A DNA stretch of 64,000 nt from Minisyncoccota bacterium (GCA_022841985.1 JALHQL010000004.1:1726-65725), one strand, 5' to 3'; counted from the stretch's first letter, positions 26,294 through 35,303 are shown. Notes: generated by a model not told the origin, from the letters alone. Numbers and translations: made by a program.

Positions 26294-27571
26294 TCAAAAT
26301 TTACTAATAAGTCGCTCAAGCTCTTCACGGACAACCCGAGCATCGCTCCAGGCTTCACGCTGGCCTTTCGGCCCCATGATGAAAGGGTCAGTGCCTTTAC
26401 CGGAGATAAGAACTGCGTCACCGGGGCGTGCTGCGGCAAGCGCGTATCGGATAGCCTCCCGTCGATCCATAATAATTTCGGGTGTATGGTTCATTCCTCT
26501 TGCCATGGCGTCAACGATGGCACGAGGGTCCTCATCGTAGGGGTCCTCGTTTGTGAGAATAACTTTTTCGCACTCTTCGTCTGCAATACGACCCATCTCC
26601 GGTCGTTTCCAAGTATCACGTCCGCCACCAGTATTTCCTAGGACGCAGATTTTTCTTTGTTTTGGAAAAGCACTGTAAAGCGCACGGAGTGAATCTGGCG
26701 TATGCGCGTAGTCGACTATAACCGTGAAGTTTTGATTCGCCTCAATGCGCTCGACGCGACCTTGTACGGGAGGGAGTGCGGCAAGGGCGTTCGCGGCAGT
26801 AGCCAGTGGGACGCCAAGCGCCATGCTCATTTTTATAGTGGCGAGAGCGTTCATTGCGTTAAAAGTACCAGGTATCGGAAGAGAGAAACGTTCTCCTGCG
26901 TATTCAAAACCGACACTTTTTTCGTCTCCTTGCAAAGACTTAAATTCTTTTTCACTGAATGCAATTGTTTTTGGAACGTGAGCAGAAAGAAATGCGCGAG
27001 TTTCTTGAATGTCCTCGTTGGCTACTAAGATTTTATTTTGTTTAGGGGAGTGAACGAGTGTGTCGACGATAGTGCGTTTAGCGGCAACATAGTTTTCAAA
27101 TGAGCCGTGACTCTCAATATGCTCCGGGTGAATATTCGTTACGATGAGTCCATTGAGATCAAGAAATGAGTGTCGATACTGCAGAACACTTTCCGAAGTT
27201 ACTTCAATGACGAGATGTGTGCATCCGGCTTTGAGCGCACGGCGCATAAATGCTTGTGCAAATCCACGTCCTTGCAGAGTCATCTTGTAACGGTTTGGTT
27301 CCGAATCATCCCCTATAGCGAATCGGATTGTGGAAATTAGCGCAGTCGTATACCCCGCCTCACGCAAAATTGAAAAAAGCATGTCAGCCGTCGTAGATTT
27401 TCCTTTTGTTCCGGTGATTCCTATGACAGTAAGTTTTCGCGCAGGGAAGCCATAAGAAAGCGCCATGAAATAAGAGAGGTAGCGATGATAGGCGGGGCGT
27501 AGTTGTCGCACTACCGATTCCGGTACAATTTTTTTCAGAATACTGACAATACTGTTGACCAGTCCGTACAT
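26294..27571 (-). CDS. murE: UDP-N-acetylmuramoyl-tripeptide synthetase MurE-like Mur ligase
   Basis: 425 aa; 'VIGITGTKGKSTT' P-loop, 'DYAHTPDSL' and C-terminal 'GKGTDPF' motifs characteristic of MurE; short N-terminal domain. Confidence 0.65.
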   Translation of the reverse strand: MYGLVNSIVSILKKIVPESVVRQLRPAYHRYLSYFMALSYGFPARKLTVIGITGTKGKSTTADMLFSILREAGYTTALISTIRFAIGDDSEPNRYKMTLQGRGFAQAFMRRALKAGCTHLVIEVTSESVLQYRHSFLDLNGLIVTNIHPEHIESHGSFENYVAAKRTIVDTLVHSPKQNKILVANEDIQETRAFLSAHVPKTIAFSEKEFKSLQGDEKSVGFEYAGERFSLPIPGTFNAMNALATIKMSMALGVPLATAANALAALPPVQGRVERIEANQNFTVIVDYAHTPDSLRALYSAFPKQRKICVLGNTGGGRDTWKRPEMGRIADEECEKVILTNEDPYDEDPRAIVDAMARGMNHTPEIIMDRREAIRYALAAARPGDAVLISGKGTDPFIMGPKGQREAWSDARVVREELERLISKF

Positions 27572-27580
27572 AAGTGGGTA

Positions 27581-28126
27581 TCAATGACCTGAAGACAGGG
27601 CTGCCTTAAGACGTAAGTCCTTTCCAACGATAGTATCTGGCAGTGACTGCAGAGCTTTTCGTGCTTCGCGGTCGGTGTAGCCCAGTGCGACGAGCGTGTC
27701 GAATACTTCGCCATCGGCGTTATCATGCGAGCGCGGACCGACCTTATCAGCTAGCTCAACCAACATTTTCTCCGCACCTTTCTTTCCAAGGCCAACAACT
27801 TTGGTGAGGTAGGCAAGATCGCGTTTGCCGATAGCTCCTTCCAAAGCCTCACGCGGGGAGCGGCGCAAAACCGAAAGAGCTGTTTTCGGGCCAATGCCTG
27901 ACACGGAGAGAACAAGTTCGAAGAAGTCGCGATCGGCACTGTCGGTAAATCCATAAAGCTCGAGCCCATCCTGTTTGAGAGTGAGATGTGTCGCGAGACT
28001 CGCTTCGTTTCCTTCCGAAAGCGTTTGTGGCGAGCTCATACGTACCTCTACACCAAAGCCTGCAACCTCAATAGTGGCGCTTATCGGACCAATCGAAAGT
28101 ACTCGTCCTCGAATCTGTCGGATCAT
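27581..28126 (-). CDS. ruvA: Holliday junction DNA helicase RuvA
   Basis: 181 aa; 'MIRQIRGRVLSIGPISATIEVAGFGVEV' OB-fold N-terminus, HhH 'SVSGIGPKTALSVL'. Confidence 0.8.
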   Translation of the reverse strand: MIRQIRGRVLSIGPISATIEVAGFGVEVRMSSPQTLSEGNEASLATHLTLKQDGLELYGFTDSADRDFFELVLSVSGIGPKTALSVLRRSPREALEGAIGKRDLAYLTKVVGLGKKGAEKMLVELADKVGPRSHDNADGEVFDTLVALGYTDREARKALQSLPDTIVGKDLRLKAALSSGH

Positions 28127-28185
28127 GTCGTCTATCGTACAACTATTTGCCAGGAAGCGGGAGATAGCGTATATATGTGTGATAT

Positions 28186-28455
28186 ATGGCTATCACCAGT
28201 TCTGCGAAGAAAGCGATACGTTCTTCTGCGAAGAAGCACGTTTTCAATCTGCGCCGCAAGGTCGCTCTTTATGATGCGACTAAATCGCTTACGAAGGCGC
28301 TTGCCGCGAAGGATATTACAGGGGCGGAGAAGCTTCTTCCTGCGGCTTATGCTGCAATCGACAAGGCGGCCAAGCGCGGCGTCATCAAAGACAATACTGC
28401 CGATCGCAAGAAAGCTCGTCTCGCAGCGGCCATCAAGAGAGCTCAAAAAAATTAA
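28186..28455 (+). CDS. rpsT: 30S ribosomal protein S20
   Basis: 89 aa; 'SAKKAIRSSAKKHVFNLRRKVALYDATK...AAIDKAAKRGVIKDNTADRKKARL'. Confidence 0.85.
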   Translation: MAITSSAKKAIRSSAKKHVFNLRRKVALYDATKSLTKALAAKDITGAEKLLPAAYAAIDKAAKRGVIKDNTADRKKARLAAAIKRAQKN

Positions 28456-28466
28456 TCATCAAATAA

Positions 28467-28497
28467 CAAAAACGCCCCTTATGGGGCGTTTTTGTTA
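28467..28497. terminator. rho-independent terminator (rpsT / tRNA-Arg, bidirectional)
   Basis: aacgcccc-ttat-ggggcgtt flanked by A-run and T-run. Confidence 0.7.
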
Positions 28498-28501
28498 TTT
28501 G

Positions 28502-28573
28502 TGCTCTCGGCCGGAATCGAACCGGCATCAGCCCCTTCGGAGGGGGCTATCCTATCCGTTGAACGACGAGAGC
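28502..28573 (-). tRNA. tRNA-Arg (anticodon CCG)
   Basis: 72 nt on reverse strand: acceptor GCTCTCG/CGAGAGC, anticodon stem GCCCC/GGGGC with loop CTCCGAA, T-arm GCCGG-TTCGATT-CCGGC; folded by hand. Confidence 0.8.
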
Positions 28574-28705
28574 GACATTAGTTTCTTAGGGAGCGGAGCG
28601 AGTTAGAGACTAAGAAGTGCCACATGCCGGATTTGAGTATTTGGCATGTGGCCGTAACTCACAATACTATAATTCCTCGAGAGGATTGCGGTTAGACTTG
28701 CCGAT

Positions 28706-28727
28706 CGGTATACCTGGTATACTACCG
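28706..28727. promoter_or_regulatory. palindromic element upstream of cupredoxin gene
   Basis: cGGTATACCtGGTATACtaccg (GGTATACC self-complementary, repeated half-site); also 10-bp inverted repeat gccacatgcc...ggcatgtggc at 28621-28657. Confidence 0.3.
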
Positions 28728-28759
28728 TGCATAGAGATTATTTCTTGTAAAAATACAGT

Positions 28760-29188
28760 ATGAACACAAAAATTATTTCAGCATTTGTCATTATTGTTTT
28801 CGCGGGAATAGCGGTGTCTATGTTTAACAGTCAAGATAAGGGTTCTGAAATGAACGCAAATGAGATTCAGGAGCAAAATAAAGAGCAGACAGTTAAGGAA
28901 TTCTCGATGGATTCGTATGTGAATATGGTTGACGGAAAGCCAGCTCCGAGATTTTCACTCGAGAATATTACGGTTAAAAAAGGGGACAAGGTAAAAATAA
29001 AAATAAACACAATCAATGGGACTCACGACTTCGTCATAGACGAGTTTAATGTGCGTTCCGAGACTCCGACTGGCAAAGAAACAGTAGTAGAATTCACTGC
29101 CGATAAAGCGGGTGAGTTTGTGTATTACTGCAATATGCCAGGACATCGCGCAAATGGTCACTGGGGAACGCTGACCGTGCTTGAATAA
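28760..29188 (+). CDS. membrane-anchored cupredoxin-like (type-1 copper) domain protein
   Basis: 142 aa; N-terminal TM; 'GTHDFVIDEF' and 'YYCNMPGHRANGHWGTL' (His...Cys-x4-His ligand set typical of plastocyanin/azurin-like fold); AT-rich gene. Confidence 0.55.
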   Translation: MNTKIISAFVIIVFAGIAVSMFNSQDKGSEMNANEIQEQNKEQTVKEFSMDSYVNMVDGKPAPRFSLENITVKKGDKVKIKINTINGTHDFVIDEFNVRSETPTGKETVVEFTADKAGEFVYYCNMPGHRANGHWGTLTVLE

Positions 29189-29190
29189 AA

Positions 29191-30492
29191 ATGCTACTGG
29201 GAACTAAGAGCAGGAAAACGCTTTTACTGCGTCATATTCTAGTCGGATCGACCGCTACGGCACTGGCGTACGGCATATTCCTTTCGCGGGACGAGTTTCC
29301 ATTTGACGTCAGTATATGGCGAGCTTTGGGAGACACTGCTTTTATTTTTTTATTTTTCACTTTAGCGGTTGGCCCGTTAGCAAAGTTGTGGAAGCCGGCC
29401 TTGCGATTTGTGTCGTGGCGCCGCGAAACAGGTATCTGGTTTGCTCTTCTTGCGCTTGCTCACTTTATTCGCGTAATCGATTATGCGCTCCTAGAGCCGG
29501 GTATTGAACTGGCGCGACTCCTTGGTTTCGTGGCTCTTTTCTGGGCTCTAGTACTTGCGGCAACATCTTCAGATCGCGCGGTGAATTTCTTGGGTCCTTC
29601 TGCATGGAAGTGGTTGCATGGAATGGCATATGTGATTTTTTATCTTGTCGCCGCCCATGCGATGTATTTTCTATTTTGGCACTACCCGGAAACAAACTGG
29701 TTTCAGTATGCATATGTAGGTATGGTGTTCGCTGTACCACTGCTTCAGATTGCCGCTTTTGTTAAGGAGGTAGTTCGACAAAGAGCCGGGAAAGTTATTC
29801 TTGAAACCAAGAAACTACAGCTGCCAATTTTGGAACAAAGAATTATTGCAGAAAAAACATGTGAAATTTCCTTTGATCTGTCTGGGAAAGAATTTGAATT
29901 TTTAGCGGGGCAATATATTCGAGTGGGCGTACCTACGCTTCTGCACCCTGATCCAAGAGGGTCATCGCGGCTTTTCTCTCTCACTTCTTCGCCAACAGAT
30001 GTAAAAAGAATTACAGTGGCATTTCGAAATTCCGGTAGTGGATTTAAAAAAACTCTAATGGAATTACTGCCTGGTTCTCCTGTCAGTATAGAAGGTCCGT
30101 TCGGATACCTTACTCTTCCCAAAGACGATACTCGCCCTTTGGTTTTTATAGCTGGGGGAATTGGCATTACTCCATTCATGAGCATGATTCGTTTTGTTAC
30201 CAAGCAAAAAACTCCTCACAAGATAACTTTGTTGTATGCCAATAGGACTGTCGAAAACGCTGCATATATCGAAGAATTGACAACAATTGCTAAACAAAAT
30301 CCGCTTTTTTCATTACAGAATCGGTTTGGACGTATTGATGCAGAGTTTATACAGAAAACAGTACAGGATCTTGATAGCGCGGCGTGGTATATCGTCGGAC
30401 TCCCAGTCATGGTAGCTGATATGCACAGCCTTCTTTTGCAGCTCGGTGTGAAAGAAGACGCAATTTATTTCGAGGATTTTACTGGCTACTGA
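29191..30492 (+). CDS. ferric-reductase-like transmembrane domain fused to FAD/NAD(P)-binding (FNR-like) oxidoreductase (NOX/Fre/MsrQ-FNR family)
   Basis: 433 aa; 6 TM with His in TM3 and His-x13-His pair 'HGMAYVIFYLVAAH'; FAD motif 'RLFSLTSSP'; NAD motif 'FIAGGIGITPF' and 'GPFG'. Confidence 0.65.
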   Translation: MLLGTKSRKTLLLRHILVGSTATALAYGIFLSRDEFPFDVSIWRALGDTAFIFLFFTLAVGPLAKLWKPALRFVSWRRETGIWFALLALAHFIRVIDYALLEPGIELARLLGFVALFWALVLAATSSDRAVNFLGPSAWKWLHGMAYVIFYLVAAHAMYFLFWHYPETNWFQYAYVGMVFAVPLLQIAAFVKEVVRQRAGKVILETKKLQLPILEQRIIAEKTCEISFDLSGKEFEFLAGQYIRVGVPTLLHPDPRGSSRLFSLTSSPTDVKRITVAFRNSGSGFKKTLMELLPGSPVSIEGPFGYLTLPKDDTRPLVFIAGGIGITPFMSMIRFVTKQKTPHKITLLYANRTVENAAYIEELTTIAKQNPLFSLQNRFGRIDAEFIQKTVQDLDSAAWYIVGLPVMVADMHSLLLQLGVKEDAIYFEDFTGY

Positions 30493-30550
30493 TACTAAGT
30501 TGTCACGGGTACGCTGCGGGATAATAGATTTTAGGTTAGAGTGGTGCTAT

Positions 30551-30623
30551 GGGCGATTAGCTCAGTTGGTAGAGCAACCCCTTTACACGGGGAAGGTCAC
30601 AGGTTCGAGTCCTGTATCGCCCA
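30551..30623 (+). tRNA. tRNA-Val (anticodon TAC)
   Basis: 73 nt: acceptor GGGCGAT/ATCGCCC, D-arm GCTC-AGTTGGTA-GAGC, anticodon loop TTTACAC, T-arm ACAGG-TTCGAGT-CCTGT. Confidence 0.85.
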
Positions 30624-30662
30624 CTTGAAACCATAAGTAATATCGGACAGGTTGGAACAACT

Positions 30663-31367
30663 ATGCTCGCGCACGAAAAATCGAAAGATGTCTCTCATCC
30701 AACCTGCGTTGGCATCATTATGGACGGCAATCGCCGATGGGCAAAGGAGAATGCCGTGTCAGCATATGAGGGGCACTCAGAGGGTTATAAAAAACTAAAA
30801 GAGATAATGAGTTGGGCGCGTGAAGGGCATATTTCTCATGTGGTGATCTATGCTTTCTCGACAGAAAACTGGCAACGCTCGGAAGAAGAAGTTAACTATT
30901 TGATGCAGATTTTTCGTTTCATTTTGAAAAATGAGATAAAAAATATGGTTGATAAGGGAGTGAGAGTGCGTTTCATTGGTGATATCACGCGCTTTCCAGA
31001 CGATATTAGAAACATGATAAAGGATGCGGAAACGCAAATCGCCGCGACATACGATATCACCCTGCATCTCGCAGTGTCTTATGGCGGTCGCGCGGAAATT
31101 GTCGCTGGAGTAAACGCGCTGCTCACTGAAGGGGCGACGACTCTTACTGAAGAATCTTTTGCGGAAAAACTGTGGTCGCATGATATGCCCGATCCTGATC
31201 TCATCATCCGTACCGGCGGAGAAAAGCGTTTGTCAAATTTCCTGCCTTGGCAGTCAGTCTATAGCGAGCTTTTTTTTACTGATACAAAATGGCCAGCTTT
31301 TACAAAGGAGGAGTTTAATGCAATTCTCGCGGAGTTTTCTACTCGGGAACGTCGGCGCGGAAAATGA
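30663..31367 (+). CDS. uppS: isoprenyl transferase (undecaprenyl diphosphate synthase)
   Basis: 234 aa; 'HVGIIMDGNRRWA', 'YAFSTENWQR', 'RTGGEKRLSNFLPWQ' motifs. Confidence 0.85.
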   Translation: MLAHEKSKDVSHPTCVGIIMDGNRRWAKENAVSAYEGHSEGYKKLKEIMSWAREGHISHVVIYAFSTENWQRSEEEVNYLMQIFRFILKNEIKNMVDKGVRVRFIGDITRFPDDIRNMIKDAETQIAATYDITLHLAVSYGGRAEIVAGVNALLTEGATTLTEESFAEKLWSHDMPDPDLIIRTGGEKRLSNFLPWQSVYSELFFTDTKWPAFTKEEFNAILAEFSTRERRRGK

Positions 31368-31375
31368 AGGGAAGA

Positions 31376-31408
31376 AAGCTCGCAGAACCGAGCTTTCTTC
31401 CTGCGCTC
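31376..31408 (+). terminator. hairpin downstream of uppS
   Basis: ggaagaaagctcg-cagaacc-gagctttcttcc (13-bp stem); weak U-tract. Confidence 0.35.
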
Positions 31409-31474
31409 GCCGCGGACAAATGTGTGCAAACACACTTTGTCGCTCAGCTAGCTTGGTAGTGATACTGTTGGGAT

Positions 31475-32185
31475 ATGGAACTCCCCATTCTCTATGAAGA
31501 CGCTGATATCGTCGCAATCGCAAAACCCGCGGGGCTTATTACACATTCTGACGGTCGGACAAAAGAAGAAACCGCTGAAGAATGGTTTCTAGAAAAATAT
31601 AAAGTTGGAATCACCGACCCTCCTTCTTCAGGATATGTGCATAGACTTGATCGCGATACCTCAGGCGTACTTGTCTTTGCAAAACATGCAGCGGCGTACT
31701 CTTTCTTGCGCAAAGCTTTTCATGATCGGGATGTAAAGAAAGAGTACTTAGCGTTTGTGCATGGTGCACCAAAAGAGAAAAAGGGAACTATCGATTTTGA
31801 TATCGGACGTTCGCGCAGCGACTTTCGTCTCCGAAGTGCCCAACCAAAAGCAAAAGGACTTTTGCGCGATGCTCGTACTCACTATGAGGTGCTTGCGGAG
31901 ACAGACAGGTACGCTCTTATGAAGATGACACCGGAAACCGGCAGGACCCATCAGATTCGGGTGCATCTAAAGGCAATTCATCATCCGATTGTTGGGGATG
32001 TGCTGTACGCCCCGAATCACCCTGCAGCACTTGGTATCAAGCGACTTGGCTTACATGCGTATGCTCTCGATATTCCGCTTCCTTCGGGTACTCGTGTGCG
32101 CATTATTGCGCCGGTGCCGGGCGATCTCGTGTCCGCTTTTGCACAGTTTCCTGACGCAAATACTATCCTTGCGTCGCTCGCGTAG
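31475..32185 (+). CDS. RluA-family pseudouridine synthase
   Basis: 236 aa; 'VHRLDRDTSGVLVFAK', 'RTHQIRVHL' motifs. Confidence 0.8.
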   Translation: MELPILYEDADIVAIAKPAGLITHSDGRTKEETAEEWFLEKYKVGITDPPSSGYVHRLDRDTSGVLVFAKHAAAYSFLRKAFHDRDVKKEYLAFVHGAPKEKKGTIDFDIGRSRSDFRLRSAQPKAKGLLRDARTHYEVLAETDRYALMKMTPETGRTHQIRVHLKAIHHPIVGDVLYAPNHPAALGIKRLGLHAYALDIPLPSGTRVRIIAPVPGDLVSAFAQFPDANTILASLA

Positions 32186-32228
32186 CGAATTTGCTCTCTC
32201 TTATAACGCGTGCTAGAGTGCAGGGCAC

Positions 32229-32690
32229 ATGCAAAAGGTCATAACTCCGGTCAATGTAGAAGGGCGCGCGAAGCTCGGCATCCGCTCGGGTGATACCGTG
32301 CGCGTCGTGCAGAACATTGTCGAGCTTAAGAAGGGCCGCGGTACTGATAAGAAGGAGAAGACGACCAAGAATGTTCGTAAGCAGACTTTTGAAGGACTCG
32401 TTCTCTCGACCAAGCACGGCACTGAAGCCGGAGCGATGTTCACTGTCCGTGCGACGCTTTCTGGTGTCGGTGTTGAGAAGACTTTTCCGCTCTATACACC
32501 CTCAATCGATTCGATAGAGATCGTCAAACGCTCCAAAGTTCGTCGCGCAAAGCTCTATTTCATTCGCGAGAAGGCGACCAAGGCGGTTCGTCGCCAGCTG
32601 CGCAATGCACGCATGATGAATATGAAGAGCGACGAGTCACTCATGCAAGCAGAAGCGGTAGCGGAAGAGAAGACGGAGGTTGCGGCGTAA
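32229..32690 (+). CDS. rplS: 50S ribosomal protein L19 (with ~30-aa acidic C-terminal extension)
   Basis: 'GDTVRVVQNIVE...RKQTFEGLVLSTKHGTEAGAMFTVR...GVGVEKTFPLYTPSIDSIEIVKRSKVRRAKLYFIR'. Confidence 0.85.
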   Translation: MQKVITPVNVEGRAKLGIRSGDTVRVVQNIVELKKGRGTDKKEKTTKNVRKQTFEGLVLSTKHGTEAGAMFTVRATLSGVGVEKTFPLYTPSIDSIEIVKRSKVRRAKLYFIREKATKAVRRQLRNARMMNMKSDESLMQAEAVAEEKTEVAA

Positions 32691-32701
32691 ATTTTTGTAG
32701 G

Positions 32702-32738
32702 AAAAACCGCCAATCGCTTTGCGATTGGCGGTTTTTCG
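32702..32738 (+). terminator. rho-independent terminator after rplS
   Basis: ccgccaatcgc-ttt-gcgattggcgg + ttttt. Confidence 0.75.
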
Positions 32739-32757
32739 TTTATAGTGTCCCGCAGTT

Positions 32758-32841
32758 GCCCAGGTGGCGAAATTGGTAGACGTACTACCTTGAGGTGGTA
32801 GCGCCCGCAAGGGCTTGGAGGTTCGAGTCCTCTCCTGGGCA
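32758..32841 (+). tRNA. tRNA-Leu (anticodon GAG)
   Basis: 84 nt: acceptor GCCCAGG/CCTGGGC, anticodon loop CTTGAGG, long variable arm, T-loop TTCGAGT. Confidence 0.85.
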
Positions 32842-32930
32842 CAGATAGTAATTTATTCCGCATTTTCGACAATCTGTTATCCTGAAAGGGGGGTATAGCA
32901 CATTGAACAATCTCTCGTGGAAGAAAGGAG

Positions 32931-33836
32931 GTGGTAGTGATGGTGCAGAGAAAAGAAGAACTGTACCCAAAGAACGCTCTCTTCATGCTCGTTGCGCATG
33001 TTGTTGGTCTCTACGGTTTCTACGCCGCGATATCTGGCCAATGGGGAAAAGAAACACTCATCCTTGGGGCAGTTATGTTCTGTGTCAGCGGACTTGGTAT
33101 CACTGTCGGGTACCATCGCTACTTTACCCATCGTTCTTTCAAGTGCGGAAAAGTACTGCAGACAATCCTCATGATTTGTGGAACGACTGCAGTTCAGGAC
33201 AGTATCATGAACTGGGTTTCGGATCACAAGATGCATCATACGAATACTGACAGAGATGGGGATCCGTACAATGCTGCGCGAGGTTCCTTGTGGGCACATT
33301 GCGGCTGGATCCTTTACAAGGATCTGACGAGAAAGAAGGATTACAGCACAGCTGCTCATTTGATGGAGGACTCGGAGACTAGAAGGATTGTAAATTTTCA
33401 GCATGCGTATTATCACACGCTGGCGATCCTGTTCTCGGGGTTCGTTCCCGTTCTTATAGCGTCTCTCTGGAACGATCCTCTTGGCGGTCTTGTGTTCGCC
33501 GGATTCTCGCGGTTGATTGCTGTGTGGCATATGACCTTCTGCATAAACAGTCTTGCTCACAGGAAGCATTGGGGAAGCAGACAGCCATATACGCGAGCAA
33601 ATTCATCTCAGGACAGTTGGCTGGTTTCCCTCGTTACGTTCGGAGAGGGGTATCACAATTACCACCACGCTTTTCCAGGGGATTATCGAAATGGTCCGTA
33701 TTGGTACAACTTCGATCCATCCAAGTGGTTGATTTTCTGCTTGTTAAATTTTGGATTGACCTGGGATCTTAATCGGGTGCCCAAGGAGAAGATAGAAAGA
33801 GCTCGTAACGCAGTTCTTCGCTCGGATAATAATTAG
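32931..33836 (+). CDS. membrane fatty-acid desaturase (acyl-CoA/acyl-lipid delta-9 desaturase family)
   Basis: 301 aa; three His boxes 'HRYFTH', 'HKMHH', 'HNYHHAFP'; 4 TM helices. Confidence 0.8.
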   Translation: MVVMVQRKEELYPKNALFMLVAHVVGLYGFYAAISGQWGKETLILGAVMFCVSGLGITVGYHRYFTHRSFKCGKVLQTILMICGTTAVQDSIMNWVSDHKMHHTNTDRDGDPYNAARGSLWAHCGWILYKDLTRKKDYSTAAHLMEDSETRRIVNFQHAYYHTLAILFSGFVPVLIASLWNDPLGGLVFAGFSRLIAVWHMTFCINSLAHRKHWGSRQPYTRANSSQDSWLVSLVTFGEGYHNYHHAFPGDYRNGPYWYNFDPSKWLIFCLLNFGLTWDLNRVPKEKIERARNAVLRSDNN

Positions 33837-33871
33837 GGGCGTGTCTTATGAAAGACACGCCCCGTTCTTTT
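33837..33871 (+). terminator. rho-independent terminator after desaturase
   Basis: ggggcgtgtctt-atgaa-agacacgcccc + gttctttt. Confidence 0.65.
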
Positions 33872-33911
33872 GATATTTCGAAAAGGTATACTGTACACAG
33901 CTATTACTTAT

Positions 33912-34445
33912 ATGTTCTACACTGGTAAAGGAGATACGGGAACGACAAAAACATTTGGCTGCAATCAGCAGCGTATTTCAAAATCTTCAGAGATACCGGA
34001 AGCGTTGGGTGCTCTTGATGAAGTAAATGCGTTCTTAGGATTTGTAAAAATGCGTAGCACAGAGATATCGCGTATTCAGGTAGTGCTGCGCGATACGCAA
34101 GAAACTCTTTTCATTATTCAAGCACAGGTTGCCGGAGCAGATAAAAAATTAAAAGAAGGTGCCGTAGCGCAGGTCGAGGTTCTGGTGAATAGTATTGAAA
34201 AAGAAATTCCTCCAATCACCGGGTTCTCTATAGCTGGAGGAACGGAGATTTCCGCGCTTCTTGATGTGGCTCGAACCATTGCGCGCCGCGCCGAGCGAAA
34301 ACTCATCGCAGCAAGGGAGGTCGGTGCCTGTGTCCTGGCGGATGAAACTATGGCATACATGAATCGTCTTTCGTCGCTTCTGTTTGCGCTCGCACGACTT
34401 GCGAATCATGTGGCCGGAATTAAAGATGAATCCCCGCGGTATTAG
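33912..34445 (+). CDS. PduO-type ATP:cob(I)alamin adenosyltransferase
   Basis: start at 'MFYTGKGDTGTT'; '...LFIIQAQVAG...', C-terminal helical bundle; ~177 aa. Confidence 0.65.
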   Translation: MFYTGKGDTGTTKTFGCNQQRISKSSEIPEALGALDEVNAFLGFVKMRSTEISRIQVVLRDTQETLFIIQAQVAGADKKLKEGAVAQVEVLVNSIEKEIPPITGFSIAGGTEISALLDVARTIARRAERKLIAAREVGACVLADETMAYMNRLSSLLFALARLANHVAGIKDESPRY

Positions 34446-34504
34446 ATCGCGAGTAGAGAAGTAGGCAGATAGTCACTATTCGTGGTATAAAAAATCTCGT
34501 GCAT

Positions 34505-34577
34505 GGCGACTATGGTGTAACGGTTAACACTGGAGCTTGTGGAGCTCTCAATTCGGGTTCGATTCCCGATAGTCGCC
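34505..34577 (+). tRNA. tRNA-His (anticodon GTG) with encoded G-1
   Basis: extra 5' G (34505) pairing with discriminator C (34577); acceptor GCGACTA/TAGTCGC, D-arm GTGT-AACGGTTA-ACAC, anticodon loop TTGTGGA, T-arm TCGGG-TTCGATT-CCCGA. Confidence 0.85.
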
Positions 34578-34609
34578 CTAGGTTATTAATCGCGTGGTAA
34601 CATTTACGA

Positions 34610-35257
34610 ATGAAAAGCTTATTTCTCGGTATTTTTATCATCATAATTGTTGGTATCGGTGGATTCATATACCGGAATGTGGTTGAACATCCAGCACAGC
34701 CGATCGTGTGTCCAGTCAGTGATTTTATTTGCCCAGACGGCACTCGTATTTCGCGCATCGGTTCCGCTTGTGTATTCCCTGCATGTCCGCCGCCGAACAT
34801 CTCGCTCTCAGAGATCGGTATCGCTTTTGCAGTGCCGGAAAATTTTGTTTCCGCAGAATCTCAAGATGGTGCGACTGTTGCGGCCTATGCATTACCAGTC
34901 ATGGCCTCTTCGACAAATAATGCGAGCATTATCATCCGTCGTTTTGCAATCACCGCGTCTTCAACTGCGCTTGCGACCATACAACAGACTGCCATCGGAG
35001 GAGCTACCGGATTACCTGTCAGCGCGACGGAATATTCTTCTAGTAGTTTCGGGATATATCGGTTTACTGTTGTTCGTGTAGAGCGTTTTGAGGGCGTCAT
35101 AGACACTGCCTACTATCTCGCCCGAGCGACAGACGTGCTGCGCTTCGATGCCATTGATACTGGTGTTATGAACTGGACTGACAAAAACCTCGATACTTCG
35201 ACGCTTCCGGCCCATGCAGCCCTGCGGAAGCTTCTCACAACTCTCCAGGGAGGGTGA
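34610..35257 (+). CDS. membrane-anchored hypothetical protein
   Basis: 215 aa; N-terminal TM, Cys-rich stretch 'CPVSDFICPDGTRISRIGSACVFPACPPP'. Confidence 0.4.
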   Translation: MKSLFLGIFIIIIVGIGGFIYRNVVEHPAQPIVCPVSDFICPDGTRISRIGSACVFPACPPPNISLSEIGIAFAVPENFVSAESQDGATVAAYALPVMASSTNNASIIIRRFAITASSTALATIQQTAIGGATGLPVSATEYSSSSFGIYRFTVVRVERFEGVIDTAYYLARATDVLRFDAIDTGVMNWTDKNLDTSTLPAHAALRKLLTTLQGG

Positions 35258-35303
35258 TTTGTGCTATACTCTTCGCATTAATTCATAATGTATTGATTCC
35301 GAT

